Assembly: GCA_965230905.1 (NCBI GenBank)
Contig: OZ246396.1
Location: 1,200,001-1,232,000 of the forward strand
Origin: Candidatus Saccharimonadota bacterium
Lineage (GTDB): Bacteria; Patescibacteriota; Gracilibacteria; UBA1369; 2-02-FULL-48-14
DNA length: 32,000 nt
Reading direction: 5' to 3'
Shown here: in pieces, positions 1-7,598 of the stretch
How positions within the stretch are numbered: position 1 is the first letter of the stretch
Layout of the letters: the number at the start of each line of letters is the position of its first letter
Made by a program: the position numbers and the translations under genes
Notes under the pieces: model-generated
Told to the model about the DNA's origin: nothing
What the model saw: only the letters and a program-made list of their open reading frames with translations
Databases searched by the model: none

Positions 1-50
1 TTTGGGAGCAAGGCATTCGGCTAAATTGATTTGTCACAAGTCTTCGGGCT

Positions 51-1403
51 ATGTTAGCTTTTTTGCATACCCTTTTCTTCATGCGCCAAAACCCCTTCAA
101 CCCTCAAGTCAGTCTGCTCCGTTATGAAATCCGCGAGATTGTGGATTTTGTTCAGCGCCTTCAGGACCTCAACCCCGCGCTGGTGATTGAAAATGAAAAT
201 ATTGGAGACCCCGTTGCGAAGGGTTGGCCGATTCCGCCGTTTTTGAAGAGCCTCATGAAGGAAGAAATCGACCGCGACGGTGACAAGGTGTTTGGTTACA
301 CACATTCACGCGGCGCCATCGATACTCGCAAATGGATAGTAAAATACTCTAAGCGGTTTTCGCCGAACGTGGACTTGGATTACGAAAATATTTTAATCAC
401 CAGCGGGCTCGGCGCAGGGATTTCGGCGCTCTACCACATGCTGCCCAAGGGACTTCGCATCATTCAACCCAGCCCTTCGTACCCCACGCACGCGTCCATG
501 GAATCTTTTGCGGCGGGCGCGGATGCCGTGAGCTACAAACTCGATCCGCTCAAGGAATGGCAACCCGATTTGGAGGATTTGGAGGCGCAGCTGATTGCGC
601 ACGAGGAAGTGATTGGAATTCTGCTCATCAACCCCAACAACCCCACCGGCGCGATTTACAGTAAAGAAACCATTGAGAAAGTGGTGGCGCTTGCTGAGAA
701 ATACAAGCTCATGATTTTTTCGGACGAGATTTATTTTCGCTTGGTTTACAACGGCGAGAGCTTTGTGCAGATCACGGAAATTGCTAAAGACCGTGTGCCG
801 CTAGTGGTGATGCGAGGGCTTTCCAAGGATGTTCCGTGGCCAGGCGGACGTTGCGGTTGGCTCGAGTTTCACAACACTCACGTGGACGCCGACTACAAGA
901 AATATGTTGATTCTGTAAAAAAACGTGTGCTTATGGAAGTGTGCAGCGTGAGTCTTCCCCAATTTTTATTGCCACGCATTTACGAACATCCTTCTTTTGA
1001 AACCTGGTTGGCCGCTTACAACAAGCATTTGGAAGAAAACAGTCAGGTTATTACGGAGATTTTAGGTCGTGTGAAGGGCCTACGAGTGAACCGCACGAAC
1101 GGCGCTTTTTATATGATGCCCACTTTTGAGCCGGGCCTTTTGACGGCGACGCAGACTCTGCCGATTGAGCACGAAGGCGTGCGAAAATTTGTGGAAGAAA
1201 CGGTGGCGAATCCTGATTTGCCGCTGGATAAACGCTTTGTGTATTACCTTTTGGCGAACACCGGAATTTGCAGCGTACCCGCTACTAGTTTCTTCAGTCC
1301 GCACTATGGTTTCCGCATCACAACGCTGGATTACCATCCTGAAAAACTCAAGGAGATTTACGAAAAACTGGCGAAGGCGATTGAGGCTTATTTGGCCAGC
1401 TGA
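51..1403 (+). CDS. PLP-dependent class I/II aminotransferase (alanine/aspartate aminotransferase-like)
   Basis: 450-aa ORF. The translation carries class-I aminotransferase motifs LINPNNPTGAIY and SKDVPWPGGRCGW (PLP lysine, RxGW). The in-frame ATG at 81 (MRQNPF) is an equally plausible start. Confidence 0.85.
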   Translation: MLAFLHTLFFMRQNPFNPQVSLLRYEIREIVDFVQRLQDLNPALVIENENIGDPVAKGWPIPPFLKSLMKEEIDRDGDKVFGYTHSRGAIDTRKWIVKYSKRFSPNVDLDYENILITSGLGAGISALYHMLPKGLRIIQPSPSYPTHASMESFAAGADAVSYKLDPLKEWQPDLEDLEAQLIAHEEVIGILLINPNNPTGAIYSKETIEKVVALAEKYKLMIFSDEIYFRLVYNGESFVQITEIAKDRVPLVVMRGLSKDVPWPGGRCGWLEFHNTHVDADYKKYVDSVKKRVLMEVCSVSLPQFLLPRIYEHPSFETWLAAYNKHLEENSQVITEILGRVKGLRVNRTNGAFYMMPTFEPGLLTATQTLPIEHEGVRKFVEETVANPDLPLDKRFVYYLLANTGICSVPATSFFSPHYGFRITTLDYHPEKLKEIYEKLAKAIEAYLAS

Positions 1404-2924
1404 TCACCCCAAGCTCTTCCGCATCACCGCGGCTTCTACGAGGTCATCTTGGAAATCGAGGCCGAGTTCTTTTTTGAGAAGGATGTTGGACGTGAGATTG
1501 CGGTGCAGGGTGTGTGCTGGCTTTTGTGGTCCGAGTTCAATCCCCAGAATTTCTTCGCAGAGGCGTACATCCTCCAAAATTTCCTGCGCCCATTTTTCGG
1601 TAGAGGCGTAGTGACGGAGGTTTTCCATATTTAAAAATTTGCCCGCGTGTTTTAGTTCGCTTCGCAGGGTGAAGAAATGTTTTTCCAGCAGTGGCAAGAG
1701 TCCGAGATTTTTTGCGGCCAAGAGTCCCCGGCCCGTTCCCACGAATTCGGGTGGGATGCCCATGGAATAACAGGAGCCAGTGAAGTTGATGGCGCGGGGT
1801 AATTTAACCTGGCCCACTCCCCTGTTGTATCCAAAAAGTCCCACGTGCTGCACGCGTTCGCGGCGGCTGGGAATGAACTTGGCCATCTCGTTGATGTGCG
1901 GCGCAAAGGCTTCCAAAGTCGGAACGTAGATGGCTTTAAAAGTATCGATTAGGGTTTTGAGTTTAGCCACTTCGTCGTCGTCGATGAGAACGGGTTCCAC
2001 ATGCTGCAGGGTTTTGTCGATGTACTTAAGCGCGCTTTTCACTTCTTCGAGCGGATAGTCGTAACGGAAGGCGGATTGAATGCTCACCGTGTGAGCACCT
2101 TGGTATTGCTTAAGGCTGTCCTCAATATTTTCAGGATTGATGCCACCGCGGAATGGAAGCGAACCGGTTCCAATAATGGGATACATGGGGATGCCAAACT
2201 CCTCCTGAATCTTATAAATTTCGCGAAACGCGACGCGAACCGCCAAAACAGAAGCGGCGAAGCCGGCGTTCAAAGCGGGATCGGAGCGGGCGGTGAAGAC
2301 GCGCAAATACGGCGGAAGTTTTCCAAAATGTTTTTTGTGCTCTTCCAGGAACGCGCGCAAAACCGATCCGCAATTCGCTAAATCTTCCACACTTTCAAAG
2401 AGCGGAATCATGTGAATGTAACCTTCACCAAAATCTGCTTCTTGAAAAATTTCTTGCTGCAACTGTGCGGTTTTTTGAAAAGTTTTTTGAATGTGCGCAA
2501 GTTGCTCTGCGTTTTTGGTCATCGGCAAAATAAGTTCAAACACGGGCGGCGTGTGCAGGTCGTAGGACTTCATAAATTCAGCCGCGGAAAGCACGCTCAT
2601 GTAGGCTCGGGCGAGCTTGAAAGTTTTTTCTTCCCAAATATTGGGTATGCGCAGAGTAATAAAACGGTCGCGGCCAATTTGCTCTGTTTTAAAAGCTTCG
2701 TAAAAACTCGCGATCAGGCGCTCAATCATCCCCTCATCTGCAAATTTGCCCTCCCAATCCCACATATACTCGTCACAGCCCAGGGTAAAAAAGCTCTGGT
2801 AGATTTCCTCCACCTCGGCATTGGTCGTTATAAAAGGCTTGTCCGACCAAAACGGCACGCTCGCGTTATCCGGGTGCTGCGTAGCCATGAGATGCGGAAT
2901 CTTGCGGGTCTGGGGAGTGAACAT
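1404..2924 (-). CDS. ppcA: archaeal-type phosphoenolpyruvate carboxylase
   Basis: 506-aa ORF. The N-terminus KIPHLMATQHPDNASVPFW matches the TQHPDN signature that opens archaeal-type PEPC (PEPcase_2 family, about 500-540 aa), not the roughly 880-aa bacterial Ppc. Confidence 0.8.
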   Translation of the reverse strand: MFTPQTRKIPHLMATQHPDNASVPFWSDKPFITTNAEVEEIYQSFFTLGCDEYMWDWEGKFADEGMIERLIASFYEAFKTEQIGRDRFITLRIPNIWEEKTFKLARAYMSVLSAAEFMKSYDLHTPPVFELILPMTKNAEQLAHIQKTFQKTAQLQQEIFQEADFGEGYIHMIPLFESVEDLANCGSVLRAFLEEHKKHFGKLPPYLRVFTARSDPALNAGFAASVLAVRVAFREIYKIQEEFGIPMYPIIGTGSLPFRGGINPENIEDSLKQYQGAHTVSIQSAFRYDYPLEEVKSALKYIDKTLQHVEPVLIDDDEVAKLKTLIDTFKAIYVPTLEAFAPHINEMAKFIPSRRERVQHVGLFGYNRGVGQVKLPRAINFTGSCYSMGIPPEFVGTGRGLLAAKNLGLLPLLEKHFFTLRSELKHAGKFLNMENLRHYASTEKWAQEILEDVRLCEEILGIELGPQKPAHTLHRNLTSNILLKKELGLDFQDDLVEAAVMRKSLG

Positions 2925-2952
2925 GACGATAGATTAGCCCCTTTACATGGGT

Positions 2953-2981
2953 TTTGTAAAAGCCTAAAATGGGGACTATTT
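2953..2981 (+). promoter_or_regulatory. sigma70-like promoter candidate TTTACA-N17-TAAAAT for ORF 3001
   Basis: Hexamers read at 2953-2958 and 2976-2981 with a 17-nt spacer. The -10 ends 19 nt upstream of ATG 3001. Confidence 0.4.
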
Positions 2982-3000
2982 CGTTCAAAAAATTAAACCT

Positions 3001-3444
3001 ATGGATTTAAACCATCCAAAAACCTCGCCAATACCTGTAGTTTGGGAAATTAAAACCTTAGTTTCTAAAAAAGAAGATGGATCTTATCAAACTGACAGAG
3101 GAACCTGCGAGATATTGACGATAAATTACCCCTCTAAAACCCTATATTTTAGATACAAGGATTCACCTGACTATTTTAGTTTAAAATGGGGGGATGGTCT
3201 AGTAAGGGATGGTCTAGTAAAAGTAGACGGAACATTAATGGGATCTTTGCTCAACTTTAGCTTCGATCATAACTCTACCTTCCATAAGACGGATTTTCCC
3301 GTTTTGGATCAAATAATCAAAGAACTCGAAGATTTACAGCCATTCCCAATGGTCCAAAGCTTATCTGCTTTCATGGGAAGCCAGGTGAAACAATTATTGG
3401 TAGATGAAGTGCCCTTCGGCCCTCAGCTTTCGCGTCGCCCCTAA
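3001..3444 (+). CDS. hypothetical protein (orphan, AT-rich)
   Basis: 147-aa ORF with no motif I recognise. Line 3001-3060 is 21/60 G+C. The ORF has its own promoter-like hexamers. Its stop TAA (3442-3444) overlaps the dcd stop on the other strand. Confidence 0.55.
   Translation: MDLNHPKTSPIPVVWEIKTLVSKKEDGSYQTDRGTCEILTINYPSKTLYFRYKDSPDYFSLKWGDGLVRDGLVKVDGTLMGSLLNFSFDHNSTFHKTDFPVLDQIIKELEDLQPFPMVQSLSAFMGSQVKQLLVDEVPFGPQLSRRP
3191..3220 (+). repeat. perfect in-frame 15-bp tandem duplication (GGGATGGTCTAGTAA x2)
   Basis: Units at 3191-3205 and 3206-3220 are identical. They encode the DGLVR/DGLVK duplication inside ORF 3001-3444. Confidence 0.95.
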
Positions 3445-4049
3445 GCCACCACCGGTTTAATCAACTTATCAAACTCCGGATCAATGGTGAGACGGCTTTC
3501 TTCGGGAAGTTTTTGACCTTGGTACTTGGAAGATTTCTTCATATTGTAGGGCACTTCCGCGGGGCTGGTCATTTCTTCGAAGGCCAATTGGCAGACGCGC
3601 ATTCCGGGGTAGAGCGCCACGGGCATGCGGTTGATGTTGGTGATTTCGAGAGTGATGGTTCCTTCAAATCCGGCGTCGATGAATCCGGCCGTTGAATGGA
3701 TCACGATTCCGAGACGGCCGAGGGAGGAGCGTCCTTCCACACGGGCCACGATGTCGTCAGCCAGTTTTACGGATTCCATGGTCACGCCGAGCACGAAGTC
3801 TCCAGGGTGAACGATGAAGGGTTCTTCTGGATTGGTGATTTCTACGAGTTTGGTGAGTCCGGCAAAAGAGTCCATTTTGAGCGGATCGAGCACGGGAAAT
3901 TTGCTGTGCTCGTAAACCTTGAACCATTTACCAAGACGCATATCCATGCTGGACGCGTGAATGTTTTTTTCGTGATCGCTTTCAGGCGAAGTCACGCCGA
4001 TGCGGCCTTCTTTGATGGCTTTTTTAATGTCGCGGTCGGAGAGAATCAT
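3441..4049 (-). CDS. dcd: dCTP deaminase (possibly bifunctional dCTP deaminase/dUTPase)
   Basis: 202-aa ORF. It starts MILSDRDIKKAI, like canonical Dcd (MRLCDRDI...), and contains the dUTPase-fold segment GFIDAGFEGTITLEITN. Housekeeping size. Confidence 0.9.
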   Translation of the reverse strand: MILSDRDIKKAIKEGRIGVTSPESDHEKNIHASSMDMRLGKWFKVYEHSKFPVLDPLKMDSFAGLTKLVEITNPEEPFIVHPGDFVLGVTMESVKLADDIVARVEGRSSLGRLGIVIHSTAGFIDAGFEGTITLEITNINRMPVALYPGMRVCQLAFEEMTSPAEVPYNMKKSSKYQGQKLPEESRLTIDPEFDKLIKPVVA

Positions 4050-4070
4050 TTGGGAGGATTAAGCGGATCT

Positions 4071-4100
4071 AATGTACCTTTTGGTGAGTGGCATCTGCAA
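4071..4100 (-). promoter_or_regulatory. promoter candidate TTGCAG-N18-TACATT for dcd
   Basis: Minus-strand reading: -35 is the reverse complement of 4095-4100 and -10 is the reverse complement of 4071-4076. The -10 lies 21 nt upstream of the dcd ATG (4049). Confidence 0.4.
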
Positions 4101-4114
4101 GCGGTTTTCGTTAC

Positions 4115-4143
4115 TTGTGCATTGACCTAAGATGCTTTACAAT
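4115..4143 (+). promoter_or_regulatory. promoter candidate TTGTGC-N17-TACAAT for ORF 4179
   Basis: Hexamers at 4115-4120 and 4138-4143, 35 nt upstream of ATG 4179. Divergent from the dcd promoter candidate. Confidence 0.35.
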
Positions 4144-4178
4144 TTGACCTTTTATTTTACAGCATTTCATCATAAGTA

Positions 4179-5219
4179 ATGAAATTGACTCCGACACGGT
4201 ATTCACTAGAAATACTCCCTGCTGTTCAGGACGCTCATGCTAAACATCGAGAGGGAGCTTGCGTACAAGAGTGCTCCCATTGTCCGTTTTCAGCCAAACA
4301 CGCGTCTAAAAAAGAATCCGTCTATATTAGTGAAGAAGTGCAAACAGCTTTACTGATGACCGTGCAGCACTTGGCCCTATCAGGTCAGGGGGAACATTTT
4401 GGAAGGCTCCTTATTCCTGCTCATTATCAAAAACCTGGGCAGACTCCTTTCATGGAGGGCGGTTTGCGTCTTTTTGAGCCACCTTCACAAGTCGCTTTGC
4501 CTCTGGGAGACTTAAAGACTGGTACAGATCCAAAATCTTACGAAGGACTTATTGATGAATTCGACCGTTTAGTACCCTTACAGTATTTTTTTGGAAATAA
4601 ACCTTACGCTGTTTCTGTGGGATACAGAGTTCCCTTGCTTCGAGACCTTGGCTACACTCAAGAATCTTTTGACGAAGCAGTTAATCTGGGTCGAGGCGCC
4701 TTACGTGCCGTCCAAAATTCTAGAAATCCTCTAGTGAATCGCCGCTATCTTGGACTAGCTGAATCGGTTAATGCGCATCCCCGCTCAAGAGCTGGTGAGA
4801 TTTCCGACCAAAGGAATATTAAAGAAAAAATAAATGAGCTTGTTTACTTATTGGATCAAATCCTTGGGGACACCCTGAACAAGAGTGCCACTCTCCAAGT
4901 AAGGAAAGGAGTGATTGAAGGTGCTTTACACGTAGAAGTCGTCTCCCAATCCTCTGACTTTCATTTGAGTTATAAACTTAGAGTTATTCCACAAGGTGAA
5001 TCTAAAGAGATGCCGCTTGAGGAAAACCACGTTTTGCCCATTGCCTTCATGCCGGGTTACGTCTGGGTAAACCACCATACACATTTTGGAAAAGATGAGT
5101 CCCTGCACTTCAGCTATCAAGAGTATATTGAGATTTTTGAGCAAGCTTCATTAGAAAGAGCCACCTTAAGAGATGTACTTTTCCGCCGCATTAGAGCTCG
5201 CCGTTTACAGGCTGATTGA
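4179..5219 (+). CDS. hypothetical protein with N-terminal CX3CX2C motif (possible highly divergent radical-SAM-like enzyme)
   Basis: 346-aa ORF. C28-VQE-C32-SH-C35 is followed about 35 aa later by HLALSGQGEHF, which resembles the beta2 plus GGE SAM-binding motif. The rest of the protein is unrecognised. Confidence 0.6.
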   Translation: MKLTPTRYSLEILPAVQDAHAKHREGACVQECSHCPFSAKHASKKESVYISEEVQTALLMTVQHLALSGQGEHFGRLLIPAHYQKPGQTPFMEGGLRLFEPPSQVALPLGDLKTGTDPKSYEGLIDEFDRLVPLQYFFGNKPYAVSVGYRVPLLRDLGYTQESFDEAVNLGRGALRAVQNSRNPLVNRRYLGLAESVNAHPRSRAGEISDQRNIKEKINELVYLLDQILGDTLNKSATLQVRKGVIEGALHVEVVSQSSDFHLSYKLRVIPQGESKEMPLEENHVLPIAFMPGYVWVNHHTHFGKDESLHFSYQEYIEIFEQASLERATLRDVLFRRIRARRLQAD

Positions 5220-5235
5220 CGCTCATTAAGTTTTG

Positions 5236-5256
5236 TTATATACTATCACTATATAA
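5236..5256 (+). promoter_or_regulatory. 7-bp inverted repeat TTATATA-N7-TATATAA overlapping a -10-like box just upstream of ORF 5266
   Basis: Arms at 5236-5242 and 5250-5256 are exact reverse complements. The right arm (TATATA/TATAAA) ends 8-10 nt before ATG 5266. Confidence 0.35.
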
Positions 5257-5265
5257 ACAAGTCAT

Positions 5266-5787
5266 ATGCCTAACTCTGATACCCCTAAGACTGAAGAACC
5301 GTTAAATTTTAGCAGTTATGATCGTTATGTAGGGACTCTGTCCGACGAGAAACTCGGTGTTTTTGTAGACGAACTTGACGCTGTTATACCTGATTTTAGA
5401 TCTATCTATACTGATTATTCTAAAGTTGTGTTAGTAAAAGCAGAGCCTGAACGTACTAATCCTGTATACCGTGGAGAGAGAAGTGATATGAGGTCATACC
5501 CTATTCCTGAAAATGTTGAATTTAACAAAAAACTACGTGTAGCTAAGGCTGAAGCTTATAGAAAAGTCGTTGCTCTATTGGCTCCTAAATTGGCTGCAGA
5601 AACCCCTAACCGAAGAGCCGAGCTCATAGCTCGTATTGTATTAATTTTGTACAGAGGAGAATACGCTGTGAATGTCGCAAGTCTCACTTGGGATTTGGCT
5701 ACTAGTTTAGCGACAGAGACTCAAGAAGGGACCTCTGAATCTCGAGATTCTACTCGCGACCAAGTTGCAGACACTCTTTCTCGCTAG
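5266..5787 (+). CDS. hypothetical protein (orphan)
   Basis: 173-aa ORF, 46 nt downstream of ORF 4179-5219 on the same strand. Line 5281-5340 is 24/60 G+C. No recognisable motif. Confidence 0.55.
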   Translation: MPNSDTPKTEEPLNFSSYDRYVGTLSDEKLGVFVDELDAVIPDFRSIYTDYSKVVLVKAEPERTNPVYRGERSDMRSYPIPENVEFNKKLRVAKAEAYRKVVALLAPKLAAETPNRRAELIARIVLILYRGEYAVNVASLTWDLATSLATETQEGTSESRDSTRDQVADTLSR

Positions 5788-5791
5788 AGCG

Positions 5792-7132
5792 TTACAGGCT
5801 AGCCGCTAGACCAATGTATTTAGCCGGTGTTAGTTCCAGGAGACGTTTCTTGGCGTCTTTAGGTATGTCGAGCGTTTCCACAAAAGCGGCAATGGTTTTT
5901 TGGTTCACCACTTCCCCACGCGTGAGCTCTTTGAGTTGTTCGTAGGCGTTTTGCACGCCGTAACGACGCATCACGGTTTGGATGGCTTCGCTGAGCAGGG
6001 CCCAGTTTTGGTCGAGGTCTTCGGCGAGGCGGGCTTCGTTCACTTCGAGTTTGCCGAGTCCTTTGAGGAGGCTCTTGTACGCGAGGAGTGAGTAACCAAA
6101 GGCGGTTCCAATGTTGCGGAGAACGGTCGAATCCGTGAGGTCACGCTGCATGCGGGAGAGCGGGAGTTTTTCGCTGAAATGCGTGAAGAGGGCGTTGGCG
6201 AGGCCGAGGTTTCCTTCGGCGTTTTCAAAATCAATAGGGTTCACTTTGTGCGGCATAGTAGAGGAGCCCACTTCCCCGGCGACCACTTTTTGCTTGAAGT
6301 AGCCCATGGAAATGTAGGTCCACACGTCTCGGCAAAGGTCCATTTGAATCGTGTTGATGCGGCGGAAACAGTCGAAGATTTCGGCCATGCCGTCGTGCGG
6401 TTCGATTTGCGTGGTGTAGCGCTGCCAGGTGAGTTCAAGGCTTTCCACAAACATGCGGGACGCGTTCACCCAATCCACTTCGGGGTAGGCAATGGCGTGC
6501 GCGTTGAAGTTACCGGTGGCACCGTTCATCTTGCCGAGGAACTCCATTTTCTTGAGTTGTTCCACTTGGCGGAAAAGGCGAGCGCCGACGTTTTTGAATT
6601 CTTTTCCAACCGTGCTTGGGGACGCGGCTTGTCCGTGGGTGTGGGACATCATCGGGGTTTTGCGGTGCGCTTCGGAAAGTTCTTTAATGGTGCTGAGGAT
6701 TTGTTCGAGGGCGGGGGTCATCACGCTTTGCACGCCGGCTCTCATCATTTGTGAATACGCGAGGTTGTTGATGTCTTCGCTAGTACAGCCAAAGTGAATG
6801 AACGGAATGAGGTCGCTACGTCCGAGCACACCGATGGCTTTTTGCAAAAAGTATTCCACGGCTTTTACGTCGTGGTTGGTCGTCTTTTCAATTTCCTTAA
6901 TTTCCTCGGCAAAACCTTCCTGAAAGTCGATGAAGAGTTTGCGCAGGGCTTCACGTTCTTTTTCGTGAAGGGGCGTCGTTCCGTCGAGCTTCAAGGTGTT
7001 GCAGAGGTAAATCAGCCACTCCACTTCGATTCCAATCCGGCTGCGGATGAGTCCGCTTTCAGAGAAGAATCGTGAGAGCTCCCCCACTTTGGGGGCGTAA
7101 CGGCCGTCGAGGGGGGAAAGTGCTTTATTCAA
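5792..7132 (-). CDS. purB: adenylosuccinate lyase
   Basis: 446-aa ORF. The N-terminus LSPLDGRYAPKV matches the PurB start (SPVDGRY). It carries the fumarate-lyase signature region GSSTMPHKVNP. The TTG start at 7132 overlaps the purE stop by 8 nt. Confidence 0.93.
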   Translation of the reverse strand: MNKALSPLDGRYAPKVGELSRFFSESGLIRSRIGIEVEWLIYLCNTLKLDGTTPLHEKEREALRKLFIDFQEGFAEEIKEIEKTTNHDVKAVEYFLQKAIGVLGRSDLIPFIHFGCTSEDINNLAYSQMMRAGVQSVMTPALEQILSTIKELSEAHRKTPMMSHTHGQAASPSTVGKEFKNVGARLFRQVEQLKKMEFLGKMNGATGNFNAHAIAYPEVDWVNASRMFVESLELTWQRYTTQIEPHDGMAEIFDCFRRINTIQMDLCRDVWTYISMGYFKQKVVAGEVGSSTMPHKVNPIDFENAEGNLGLANALFTHFSEKLPLSRMQRDLTDSTVLRNIGTAFGYSLLAYKSLLKGLGKLEVNEARLAEDLDQNWALLSEAIQTVMRRYGVQNAYEQLKELTRGEVVNQKTIAAFVETLDIPKDAKKRLLELTPAKYIGLAASL

Positions 7133-7598
7133 TGGATACGGGTTTAGTGTCGAAGGAATTTTGAACGACTTTAATATGGTTCTTCACTTTTTTAGCGAGG
7201 TCTTTGTCGGCTAGCGCCAAGATTCGAACCACGGCTTGAGCCGCGTTCTTTGGGTCCACCACCGTCATGGCAGGCGTTTCACCCGGCATTTGCAGGCTGG
7301 AGTGCACGTTCGCGAGGTAGTCGGCGTAGTCCTTAAACGGAGGGCAGGCGATCACGGGAAAGTGCGAGTTGGCAGAAACGAGTCCGCTGAGCGCGTTGGA
7401 GCGGCCAGCCATGGTCACCCAAACCACGGTTTCTTTTTTCTCGTTGAACTTCTTGATGATTTCGAGTGTTTTTTCAGGAACTTTATGAGCGGAGGAAACG
7501 TAGATTTCGCACTTCACGCCGTAGTCATCCAGCGCCTTAGCGATTACTTTTGCGTGGTCGAGGTCGACCTTGGATCCGAGGAGGAAGGGTACGATCAT
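7125..7598 (-). CDS. purE: PurE (likely class II, AIR carboxylase type)
   Basis: 157-aa ORF with GSKVDLDH and SSAHKVPE motifs. From memory, SAHK rather than SAHR marks class II PurE. The ATG overlaps the purC stop (ATGA). Confidence 0.88.
   Translation of the reverse strand: MIVPFLLGSKVDLDHAKVIAKALDDYGVKCEIYVSSAHKVPEKTLEIIKKFNEKKETVVWVTMAGRSNALSGLVSANSHFPVIACPPFKDYADYLANVHSSLQMPGETPAMTVVDPKNAAQAVVRILALADKDLAKKVKNHIKVVQNSFDTKPVSIE

Noticed and set aside
2412-2996. 194-aa plus-strand ORF inside ppcA
   Set aside because: It is antisense to the PEPC gene and has no supporting motif.
3441-4049. dcd as an anti-phage dCTP-deaminase defence gene
   Set aside because: The protein is 202 aa and begins and ends like the housekeeping Dcd/Dcd-Dut enzyme. 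As I recall, the described defensive dCTP deaminases are much larger multi-domain proteins. No extra domain is present here.
6179-6754. 191-aa plus-strand ORF inside purB
   Set aside because: It is the antisense frame of a confidently identified adenylosuccinate lyase.
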